Notes under the pieces: generated by a model | Databases searched by the model: none | What the model was told of the DNA's origin: nothing | The model's input: the letters and a program-made list of their open reading frames with translations, nothing else | Assembly (NCBI GenBank): GCA_043810925.1 | Contig: JBDRNT010000053.1 | Coordinates: 1 to 14,875 of the forward strand | DNA length: 14,875 bases | Source: Candidatus Eiseniibacteriota bacterium | Lineage (GTDB): Bacteria > Arandabacterota > Arandabacteria > Arandabacterales > Arandabacteraceae | Reading direction: 5' to 3' | Made by a program: the position numbers and the translations under genes | Shown: positions 1-6,892 of the stretch, in pieces | Position numbering within the stretch: position 1 is the first letter of the stretch | Layout of the letters: each line of letters opens with the position of its first letter

Positions 1-17
1 GAATGGCACTAACTTAA
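1..17. repeat. Terminal inverted repeat at the transposase 3' end
   Basis: 17/17 match to the reverse complement of 1883-1899. It contains the transposase stop codon (9-11). Confidence 0.93.
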
Positions 18-1409
18 TCTCCTTCTATAGTAATTTCTGTGTGGGCATTCCTTGAAGACGCTGCGCGGTTTAGTAAGGAGTTGGTAGTTCTTGGGTCGCC
101 GTTTTCTTGCCCTGGGTTCTGATCTGTTTGGTCTATGTGGCAGGATGTCCCTGGCCAGGTATGCAAGCAAGATGTCTATTAGTCTTTGTCGTCTCGAGGG
201 ATGTATCCGTGGAGCGGTGATGATGGGTGCCCATTGTCTGACGGTAGCGATGGTACCTTTGAAACTGATTCGCAAAGGTGATACTCCATGTCGGCTTGCC
301 GCCTCGAGCATGAGCGCACGGATGAGGTTGTAAGCGATAAGATACATGGATATCTCCTTGTGTACCATCTCAGGGCTCTTGCACCTCAAGATATCCATAC
401 CCATAGTGGTTTTGATATCTCTAAGGAAGAGTTCTGCCATCCATCTTCTGCGATAAAGATCGGCGAAGGCCTCTTTGGGATAGATCCTGTAATCCAGTAG
501 AGTAGTGACAACGGTGATGGTTTTTGTCCTGAAGCCGGGCATGTTTACGTGAAAGGCTATCTGTCTGAGGTTGATGGTGTTGGGTATGGCGCGCCACTGC
601 TTCGGACTGAGCCACTTGGGGCGCACTCGTGTCTTATACCATAGAATCAGATGATCCCCTTTGGATATCTTCTTAACGACAGCGAGGCGCTTGGTACGTC
701 GTTGGTGGTTCTTCATGACACAGTCCACGCCCCGCTGGGTGAGGCAGAAGAAGTCTGCGTAGCCCGTGAAGCCCCGATCTGCCAGCAGGACATCTCCCAG
801 GTCAAGCAAGCCCCAGAGCCTTCTTGCCAGGGTGCGCTCAGCCTCTCTGATCGTTCCTTTGGCCACCTCAAGGATAAGGCCTGTGCTCAGACAGAAAAGG
901 ACCACCAGCTTCATCAGGGGGAATCCACAGCCATCTTTCGCATGCTTAGACGGGCGATAGGCCTCGCGGTTGGCTTGCGTATCCGGCATGGACAGCCCTG
1001 TGCCGTCGATGATCTTGACCCGCCGTCCGTACCACAGATGCTCAGGAGCATAGAGGTGTTGTATCCTCTCGGCGCTCTGGTGCAGTACAGCATCAATGTC
1101 GGTCAGGATTAAGCGGGCTCTGGCCTTGCAGTATGCTGCAGTGTTGGGTGAAGCAGTCTTTCCAGACCTAAGTGCTAGCCAGGCCAGGGCCTTCCTTACG
1201 GTCTGTCTGCATGATCGGTCGGCGGATAGGACTTCTGAGAGAAACAACCAGAATGTCCCGACCAGCGGCGAGAAGAGTCGCCGTCTTCCGGGCAGGCCGA
1301 AAGTCTGTGGCACAACGATCCAGGGCGAGAAGATCTCCGGCAGTTCTGAGAGTGAGTAACGGCTGACACGGCTCAGGCATGTGGCGAGTGAACCGGGGCT
1401 ATAACTCAT
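9..1409 (-). CDS. IS4-family DDE transposase (466 aa)
   Basis: Motifs IIDGT, LLADRGF and the IS4 YREK signature Y-RR-R-W-MA-E-LFLRDI-K; basic C-terminus RPNRSEPRARKRRPK. Start placed at ATG 1409, preceded by an AAAGGAGA RBS, rather than at 1523. Confidence 0.93.
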   Translation of the reverse strand: MSYSPGSLATCLSRVSRYSLSELPEIFSPWIVVPQTFGLPGRRRLFSPLVGTFWLFLSEVLSADRSCRQTVRKALAWLALRSGKTASPNTAAYCKARARLILTDIDAVLHQSAERIQHLYAPEHLWYGRRVKIIDGTGLSMPDTQANREAYRPSKHAKDGCGFPLMKLVVLFCLSTGLILEVAKGTIREAERTLARRLWGLLDLGDVLLADRGFTGYADFFCLTQRGVDCVMKNHQRRTKRLAVVKKISKGDHLILWYKTRVRPKWLSPKQWRAIPNTINLRQIAFHVNMPGFRTKTITVVTTLLDYRIYPKEAFADLYRRRWMAELFLRDIKTTMGMDILRCKSPEMVHKEISMYLIAYNLIRALMLEAASRHGVSPLRISFKGTIATVRQWAPIITAPRIHPSRRQRLIDILLAYLARDILPHRPNRSEPRARKRRPKNYQLLTKPRSVFKECPHRNYYRRRLS

Positions 1410-1452
1410 ACCTGCTTCTCCTTTCACACTCAGCGTTGGTGTTGGCGTGTAG

Positions 1453-1476
1453 GCTACAAGTATATATACTTGTAGC
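1453..1476. promoter_or_regulatory. Perfect 24-bp palindrome between the divergent IS genes (putative operator)
   Basis: GCTACAAGTATATATACTTGTAGC is its own reverse complement. An extended -10-like TGATATACT (1486-1494, +) lies just downstream. The function is inferred. Confidence 0.6.
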
Positions 1477-1516
1477 ATAAGCCTGTGATATACTGCAAGA
1501 GGAAAGAAGGTGTGCC

Positions 1517-1870
1517 ATGACAAAAGACAGGCAGATAGAATCTATGTGTAGACGTTACAAGAGACTTGCCGCCCGCCTGGCCAAGACAGGGTTGATCCTA
1601 CAAGGTTCTATAACTGAACGCGTAATCCTCCAGAAACCGCCTCGTCGACAAGGCAAACAGAAGGCCTACGGCCCCTATTATCAGTGGACGTGGAAACACC
1701 AGGGCAAGACAGTCACCGTCAATCTCTCTGCCTCACAAGCAAGGGAGTTTTCCAAAGCTATAAAGAATCATCGAAAAATGGAGGAAATCACCAGACAGAT
1801 GCGAGAACTATCCCTCAAGATACTCGACGCCACCACAAAAGGGGTCACAAAGCGTAAGCCACGAGCATGA
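1517..1870 (+). CDS. Small basic DUF6788-like IS-associated protein (117 aa)
   Basis: Pattern G-S-I...GPYYQWT...GKTVT..L...QA..F...I.N.R matches my recollection of DUF6788 proteins. Purine-rich RBS upstream. Lies wholly inside the TIRs. Confidence 0.75.
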   Translation: MTKDRQIESMCRRYKRLAARLAKTGLILQGSITERVILQKPPRRQGKQKAYGPYYQWTWKHQGKTVTVNLSASQAREFSKAIKNHRKMEEITRQMRELSLKILDATTKGVTKRKPRA

Positions 1871-1882
1871 CTTGATCTGGTC

Positions 1883-1899
1883 TTAAGTTAGTGCCATTC
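1883..1899. repeat. Terminal inverted repeat at the accessory-ORF end
   Basis: Exact reverse complement of 1-17. Confidence 0.93.
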
Positions 1900-1903
1900 T
1901 GGA

Positions 1904-1917
1904 CTGTCACCGAATTA
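1904..1917. repeat. Single arm of a REP-like motif
   Basis: CTGTCACCGAATTA is 13/14 identical to CTGGCACCGAATTA at 13173-13186. Confidence 0.5.
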
Positions 1918-3765
1918 CTAGCGGAGGAGCACGACCTCCCGAGTCACTCTGTGATCCGGTGTCTCAAGCAAGATCCAGTAGACACCGGGAGACTGCCGGT
2001 CCCCACGATCATCCATGCCATCCCATGTAAACCGGTGATCGCCTGCACCCAGCCGGGTGCTTGCCAGCTCCCGTACCCGGCGGCCTGTGACATCGAAGAC
2101 CGCCAGTCGGACCTGCCCCTCGGTCTTCAGTCCGAATGAAACATCGATATGCGGACTGAAAGGATTGGGTTGTGCGCAAAGACCGGGTATACGATGGTCT
2201 CCGACAACCGCTTCCACGCCTGAAGAATCGGATCCGATTGTTATGTCCCTGAGGATCGGCGAGTAGTCCGGGTCTGTTGTCCCGAGCAGTACCTTATACT
2301 GGATGTAGCGTTCGAGTACCCCGGGAAGACTCCCCGGCCCCGTGATATTGGCGGACCAGGACCCAAGATCGCCTGGGTCATTTGAGCTCCTTACCTGGAA
2401 CATCAGACTCGTACCGGCCGGATCCGCGGAGTTCCAGTCAATACGGCCCAGCCCTGCACCCACATCCAGAATGGAACTCGTGAGTTCACCGCTTGAGTCA
2501 AACTCGGTGGCCTCCCACCATGAGAATTGCCCACCGGAGTAGCCCGCACCAACCGGATCAGGGGCGCCGTCCTGGTCCAGGTCACCGGCCCGCACGGTGA
2601 TCGCCCCATCGTAGGAGCCATTGAGTACGTGTTCGGTCCAGACTATCGGGACCCCACCGCCGTTTTCCCACCAGGCTATCTTGTTATTGCTGTTGCATGC
2701 GCCGAGAACATCGGGGCGGCCGTCACCGTTTATGTCAGCGATGCAGAGAGCGTGTCCGCCGTCGGCGGTTGTCGATATCGTCTGGCGCGTCCAGACCACC
2801 GGATCGCCGCCGTCATTACTCCACCACGCAACGTCACTCACCCAGCAGATCCCTGCGATGTCGAGATCGCCATCGCGGTCGATGTCGTCTATCCAGACCG
2901 AGCGCGCTCCGGTAAAACCCGTTTCGACGTCCTGCTGGGTCCAGGTTATGGAGTCGCCACCGTCGCTCCAGAAGACGACGATCTTGTTGGCGACCCCAGC
3001 TGCCGCGGCGAGGTCCATGTCGCCGTCGTCATCGAGATCGGCGCCACGCACGGAGTGAGCGCCGGCGAAGCCGGCCGCCACGGTGTGCTTTGTCCACGTG
3101 ATAGGATCATCACCTGCGTTCTGCCACCATGCAACCTCACCTGTCGTCCAGTAGGTGCACATCACGTCTAGATTCTCATCACCGTCTACGTCACCCGTAG
3201 AGATTTCCCAGGCATCCCGCCATACGGCCTGAATTGTCTGGGTCCCCCACGTGATGGGATCGCCGCCTTCATTGCGCTTCCAGACAATCTTGTTGCGCGG
3301 GTTTACAAGCATCAAGACGACATCGAGCCGGCCGTCACCGTCGACGTCGGCCACCTCCACTCCCGCCGCACCGGGAGGGGTGCCGATTTCATGCTCCGTG
3401 AATCCAGGTGGATCGCCGCCGTCGTTTTCCCACCATGAGACGATTCCGGAGGTCTGGGCGGTCCCGACCACATCGATATCACCGTCACCGTCGATATCGC
3501 CCAGCCCGATCCCGATATTCCCTGCGTAAGAACTGTCAATCAGGTGCTCCACCGGGGTGGCAAGCGCCGACGAAGACAGGGCCAGCTGTCCCGTCACCGA
3601 AAGCCAGGCTACCCCGGACCCGGTATCAAACCGGTCACCCCACTCCAGGACTGGGCCCGGGTTGCCATCCCCGCCCGCCCAGTTGGTCTGAACGGCATCA
3701 TCAGCCCACAGCATACCGGCCGATGACACGACAAGCACTGCCAGTACAGCCATTCTGCACACCAC
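1918..3765 (-). CDS. Secreted FG-GAP/VCBS-repeat beta-propeller protein with C-terminal FlgD-Ig-like domain
   Basis: Signal peptide (MAVLAVLVVSSAGMLWA). Seven D-x-D/N-x-D-G-x-x-D-type repeats about 49 aa apart. C-terminal PNPF...VFDVTGRRVR...WDG.D..G....GVY motif. Start is GTG 3765 after an AAGGAAGG RBS; alternatives are 3762 and ATG 3753. Confidence 0.88.
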   Translation of the reverse strand: MVCRMAVLAVLVVSSAGMLWADDAVQTNWAGGDGNPGPVLEWGDRFDTGSGVAWLSVTGQLALSSSALATPVEHLIDSSYAGNIGIGLGDIDGDGDIDVVGTAQTSGIVSWWENDGGDPPGFTEHEIGTPPGAAGVEVADVDGDGRLDVVLMLVNPRNKIVWKRNEGGDPITWGTQTIQAVWRDAWEISTGDVDGDENLDVMCTYWTTGEVAWWQNAGDDPITWTKHTVAAGFAGAHSVRGADLDDDGDMDLAAAAGVANKIVVFWSDGGDSITWTQQDVETGFTGARSVWIDDIDRDGDLDIAGICWVSDVAWWSNDGGDPVVWTRQTISTTADGGHALCIADINGDGRPDVLGACNSNNKIAWWENGGGVPIVWTEHVLNGSYDGAITVRAGDLDQDGAPDPVGAGYSGGQFSWWEATEFDSSGELTSSILDVGAGLGRIDWNSADPAGTSLMFQVRSSNDPGDLGSWSANITGPGSLPGVLERYIQYKVLLGTTDPDYSPILRDITIGSDSSGVEAVVGDHRIPGLCAQPNPFSPHIDVSFGLKTEGQVRLAVFDVTGRRVRELASTRLGAGDHRFTWDGMDDRGDRQSPGVYWILLETPDHRVTREVVLLR

Positions 3766-4036
3766 GTTCCACCTTCCTTTCCGACTCTGCCGGGTACCTT
3801 CCCGGCTTAACTGGTCTGTCCGCCCCCCGGCCCCACCGGCAACGACCCTCACGTGTCGGGCCGGACGGCTCCATCCTCGCTTCAAATTATAGAAACGATG
3901 CCGGTTTCAGGCCTGAAGGAAAGGTGTAGGAACAATGTAGATTCGGGCCTTTTACAAACCCGGGTTGACATCGGCGGCTAAATTGATCGAACATAGGGTC
4001 TGCTGCATGTACTAGTGGCAGAAGGAGGGGCATGAA

Positions 4037-4612
4037 ATGAAGGTTATTGCAGTGAATGGCAGCCCCCGAAGGGACGGGAATACCGCAACTCTGATTGACT
4101 TTGTTCTAAGCGAGTTGGATAAGGAAGGAATTGAAACCGAGCAGTTCTCACTCGCAGGGAAGAAGATCAGGGGTTGCATCGCTTGTTACAAGTGCTTCGA
4201 GAACAAAGACCGGCGGTGTGCAGTGACCACCGATGACCTCAACGAGTGTCTTGAGAAGATGCTCGAGGCTGACGGGATCATCATAGGATCTCCGACTTAT
4301 TTCACGGATGTCACCGCAGAGATCAAGGGTCTGATCGACCGGGCGGGTCTCGTGGCCAAGGCCAATGATGATATGTTCAAGCGGAAGCCGGGCGCGGCGG
4401 TCGTCGCCGTAAGACGGGCAGGCAGCATCCATGTCTTTGATACCATCAATCATTTCTTCCTTATCAGCCAGATGATTATTCCCGGGTCTATATACTGGAA
4501 CATGGGTATCGGCCGGGACAAGGGTGAGGTCGAGAAGGACGAAGAGGGCATCAGAACGATGAAGGTGCTGGGTCGGAATATGGCCTGGCTGATGAAGCAG
4601 ATCAAAGCCTGA
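4037..4612 (+). CDS. Iron-sulfur flavoprotein (Isf-like; flavodoxin/NADPH-dependent FMN reductase family)
   Basis: N-terminal NGSPRRDGNT FMN-binding loop, CIACYKC-x7-C cluster motif, GSPTYF motif; AAGGAGG RBS. Confidence 0.92.
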   Translation: MKVIAVNGSPRRDGNTATLIDFVLSELDKEGIETEQFSLAGKKIRGCIACYKCFENKDRRCAVTTDDLNECLEKMLEADGIIIGSPTYFTDVTAEIKGLIDRAGLVAKANDDMFKRKPGAAVVAVRRAGSIHVFDTINHFFLISQMIIPGSIYWNMGIGRDKGEVEKDEEGIRTMKVLGRNMAWLMKQIKA

Positions 4613-4661
4613 TCCCCCGGCAGGTCCGGATTCACTGGAAGAGCAGAAGGAGGAACGCAGA

Positions 4662-4916
4662 TTGAAGGTTCTGATTACTGTTAAGAGCGGGAAGTGCCAG
4701 GGAGATATCCACGAACCCGGGCAGACCTTCACAGTCGGTGAGACAATCCCTGCGGGCATTTGCTCGGGTGCCTGGGACGCCATCGCCCCCTACGTGATGA
4801 CCCTCAAGTACGGTGGGAACTTTCCCTGGGAACCCGAAAGGGGTACGGCTGAAGTCCACTGCCACGACCCCAAGGGAATAGTGCTCAAGCTCAGGCGTAT
4901 CGAGGAACAGGGCTGA
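4662..4916 (+). CDS. TIGR04076-family-like small Cys-containing protein
   Basis: Pattern GKC...H..G.TF......P.G.C..AW..I.PY...L..GG.FPW......CxDP; TTG start after an AAGGAGG RBS. Confidence 0.8.
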   Translation: MKVLITVKSGKCQGDIHEPGQTFTVGETIPAGICSGAWDAIAPYVMTLKYGGNFPWEPERGTAEVHCHDPKGIVLKLRRIEEQG

Positions 4917-5053
4917 GCCGACTCCCCGGCTGTGCATGCTGACGCCGCCCACATGTTCAATCTCAGGTCGCCAGTGCTTGGTCTCAGTTCCCCGCTGTGC
5001 CCGCCGGTGCAACTCGACTGCCCCATCTTACTGTCCCATCCAGGGCGTTCCGT

Positions 5054-5083
5054 TTGACAAAAGCGGCTTTCATGGTTTATACT
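5054..5083 (+). promoter_or_regulatory. Sigma70-type promoter of the GbsR/MarR gene
   Basis: TTGACA (5054-5059), 18-bp spacer, TATACT (5078-5083). Confidence 0.8.
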
Positions 5084-5100
5084 TTCAGTATGTTCTGAAA
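5083..5100. promoter_or_regulatory. Inverted-repeat operator, probably autoregulatory
   Basis: TTTCAG-N6-CTGAAA overlaps the end of the -10 box and the predicted transcription start. Confidence 0.65.
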
Positions 5101-5109
5101 GGAACGAAG

Positions 5110-5613
5110 ATGACTGAGGAACACTCCGAACATTTCATAGAATCCTGGGGCTCGCTGGGCGTCCTCTGGGGCATAAATCGCTCTATGGCCAGGATCCATG
5201 CCTTTCTCCTCACATCGGATAAGCCTATGGACCTCGACCGGACCACCGAGGCACTCCAGATAAGCCGCGGCAACGCAAGCATGTGTCTTAAGGAACTCCG
5301 TAATTGGGGGATCATACAGCGTGTTCATGTGGCAGGTGACCGCCATGACTACTACGTGGCCGAGCCGGAGGCTATGAAGATGCTCTTCCGGATAGCCCTG
5401 GAACGCAAGCGGCGTGAATTCGATCCGGCCCTCCATGCGATCCGGCTATTGCTGGCCGAGGGGAAGACTGAAAGGCAGGAGGCGGTTCACGCCCGCCTTA
5501 CCGACTTCGAGCGCCTGATGACCACGATAGACCGGATACTCACCAAGTGCCTTGAAGACGAGAAGATGACAAAGGCCGTACTCAATCTGCTCAAGAGCTT
5601 TATCGCAAGATAG
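5110..5613 (+). CDS. GbsR/MarR-family winged-helix transcriptional regulator (167 aa)
   Basis: FIESWGSLGVLWGINRSMARIHAFL, HTH region LQISRGNASMCLKELRNWG and wing GDRHDYY. ATG 5110 lies just after the promoter, so the 4936 start is rejected. Confidence 0.9.
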   Translation: MTEEHSEHFIESWGSLGVLWGINRSMARIHAFLLTSDKPMDLDRTTEALQISRGNASMCLKELRNWGIIQRVHVAGDRHDYYVAEPEAMKMLFRIALERKRREFDPALHAIRLLLAEGKTERQEAVHARLTDFERLMTTIDRILTKCLEDEKMTKAVLNLLKSFIAR

Positions 5614-5618
5614 CCACG

Positions 5619-5646
5619 GGAACCCCTCCCGGGTATACACATCTAA
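5619..5646 (+). promoter_or_regulatory. Putative ECF-sigma promoter upstream of msrAB
   Basis: GGAACC-N16-ATCTAA resembles the sigmaE-type GGAAC...TCTAA layout. Confidence 0.45.
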
Positions 5647-5704
5647 ATGGTAGCAGGTAACGAAAGCCGACGAAACCAAGGGGGACGTTATGTTTGGAGA
5701 GAGC

Positions 5705-6760
5705 ATGAAGATTCTGGTGATACTACTTGCATTCGTTCTTGTGCAAACCGGGCTGCCGGCCCAGACAAGACTTGAGAAGGCAACCTTCGCCGGTGGGTGT
5801 TTCTGGTGTATGGAACATCCTTTCGAAGCCCTCGCGGGAGTGACTGAGGTGATATCGGGTTACACGGGCGGCCACAAGACCGATCCGACGTACGCCGAGG
5901 TTTGCTCGGGGAAGACCGGTCATTTGGAAGCAGTTGAGGTAACCTACGATCCATCCAAGACGAGTTACTCAGAGCTTCTGGATGTCTTCTGGCGGCAGAT
6001 CGACCCGACGGATGCGGGTGGTCAGTTCGTCGATCGTGGGTCGCAGTACCGCACCGGCATCTTTTACCACAACGACGAGCAGAAACGGCTGGCGGAAGCG
6101 TCGAAGAACGAGCTGGATAAGTCCGGCAGGTATGACAAACCGGTCGTGACAGAGATCGTCAAGGCCGCCAGGTTCTATGCCGCCGAAGACTATCACCAGG
6201 ACTATTACAAGCAGTGCCCGGTGAGGTACGAATCATATAGACAGGGAACGGGACGTGATACATACTTGAAGAAAACATGGGGAAGGAAATTGAGCACTGA
6301 CAGCAAATCTCACGAAGAAGAATACCGGAAGCCATCCGATGAGGAGATAAAAGCCAATCTGACTCCACTTCAGTGCAGCGTCACTCAGGAAGACGGTACC
6401 GAGCGGGCATTTGAGAATGAATACTGGGACAATAAGAAAGAGGGGATCTACGTTGACATCGTCTCGGGAGAGCCACTTTTCAGCTCGCTTGACAAGTACG
6501 ACTCCGGAACCGGCTGGCCGAGTTTCACCGGGCCGCTTGAACCGGACAACCTCATCGAGCGCGAGGACCGCAGCCTTTCACGGGTGAGGACCGAGGTCAG
6601 AAGCAAGCATGCCGACTCGCATCTCGGGCACTTGTTCGACGACGGCCCGAAGCCCACAGGCCAACGCTACTGCATGAACTCGGCTGCCCTTCGTTTCATT
6701 GCGAAGGAAGACCTGGAAAAGGAAGGCTACGGCGAATACAAGAAGTTGTTCGAAGAATAG
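5705..6760 (+). CDS. msrAB: Bifunctional peptide methionine sulfoxide reductase MsrA-MsrB with signal peptide
   Basis: MsrA motifs [14 protein letters not shown] and AEDYHQDYY; MsrB motifs [16 protein letters not shown] and RYCMNSAAL; hydrophobic leader [13 protein letters not shown]. Alternative start at 5690. Confidence 0.95.
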   Translation: MKILVILLAFVLVQTGLPAQTRLEKATFAGGCFWCMEHPFEALAGVTEVISGYTGGHKTDPTYAEVCSGKTGHLEAVEVTYDPSKTSYSELLDVFWRQIDPTDAGGQFVDRGSQYRTGIFYHNDEQKRLAEASKNELDKSGRYDKPVVTEIVKAARFYAAEDYHQDYYKQCPVRYESYRQGTGRDTYLKKTWGRKLSTDSKSHEEEYRKPSDEEIKANLTPLQCSVTQEDGTERAFENEYWDNKKEGIYVDIVSGEPLFSSLDKYDSGTGWPSFTGPLEPDNLIEREDRSLSRVRTEVRSKHADSHLGHLFDDGPKPTGQRYCMNSAALRFIAKEDLEKEGYGEYKKLFEE

Positions 6761-6795
6761 AACCCAGGTATTGAGCTGCATCCAACCATCCCGGG

Positions 6796-6804
6796 TGGTA
6801 TAAT
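6796..6804 (+). promoter_or_regulatory. Extended -10 promoter element upstream of the methyltransferase
   Basis: TGGTATAAT is a consensus TGn-TATAAT. It sits inside an inverted repeat CCCGGGTG (6790-6797)/CACCCGGG (6822-6829). Confidence 0.55.
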
Positions 6805-6892
6805 ACCCCACAAACGATTGGCACCCGGGTAGCACTCCGAAGTGTCGCATTGTCCCCCGGTGTGGATTCATGTCGAAGGACGAGAGTCGGAT

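Larger units (their letters stand above)
1..1899 (-). mobile_element. IS4-family insertion sequence with divergent accessory ORF
   Basis: GAATGGCACTAACTTAA (1-17) is the exact reverse complement of TTAAGTTAGTGCCATTC (1883-1899). These ends enclose a DDE transposase and a second ORF. The target duplication cannot be assessed because the left flank is absent. Confidence 0.92.

Noticed and set aside
1410-1523. 38-aa N-terminal extension of the transposase in the ORF track
   Set aside because: It overlaps the accessory ORF start and the palindromic spacer, and a strong RBS precedes ATG 1409.
1900-1912. Target-site duplication of the IS
   Set aside because: The left flank is outside the window, so it cannot be determined.
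2550-3500. Periodic DNA similarity as a possible CRISPR or tandem array
   Set aside because: Explained by degenerate FG-GAP protein repeats; there are no identical repeats with unique spacers and no cas genes.
2527-3929. Plus-strand ORFs over the FG-GAP gene (for example 2527-3171 and 3408-3929)
   Set aside because: Antisense shadows of a GC-rich repetitive gene, with no recognisable motifs.
3965-3993. TTGACA upstream of the flavoprotein gene as a sigma70 promoter
   Set aside because: No acceptable -10 hexamer at 16-18 bp spacing.
4936-5109. N-terminal extension of the regulator ORF
   Set aside because: It spans the promoter and operator; family similarity begins at ATG 5110.
5705-6760. 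Selenocysteine-containing Msr
   Set aside because: The frame is open with ordinary Cys codons at both catalytic sites and no in-frame TGA.
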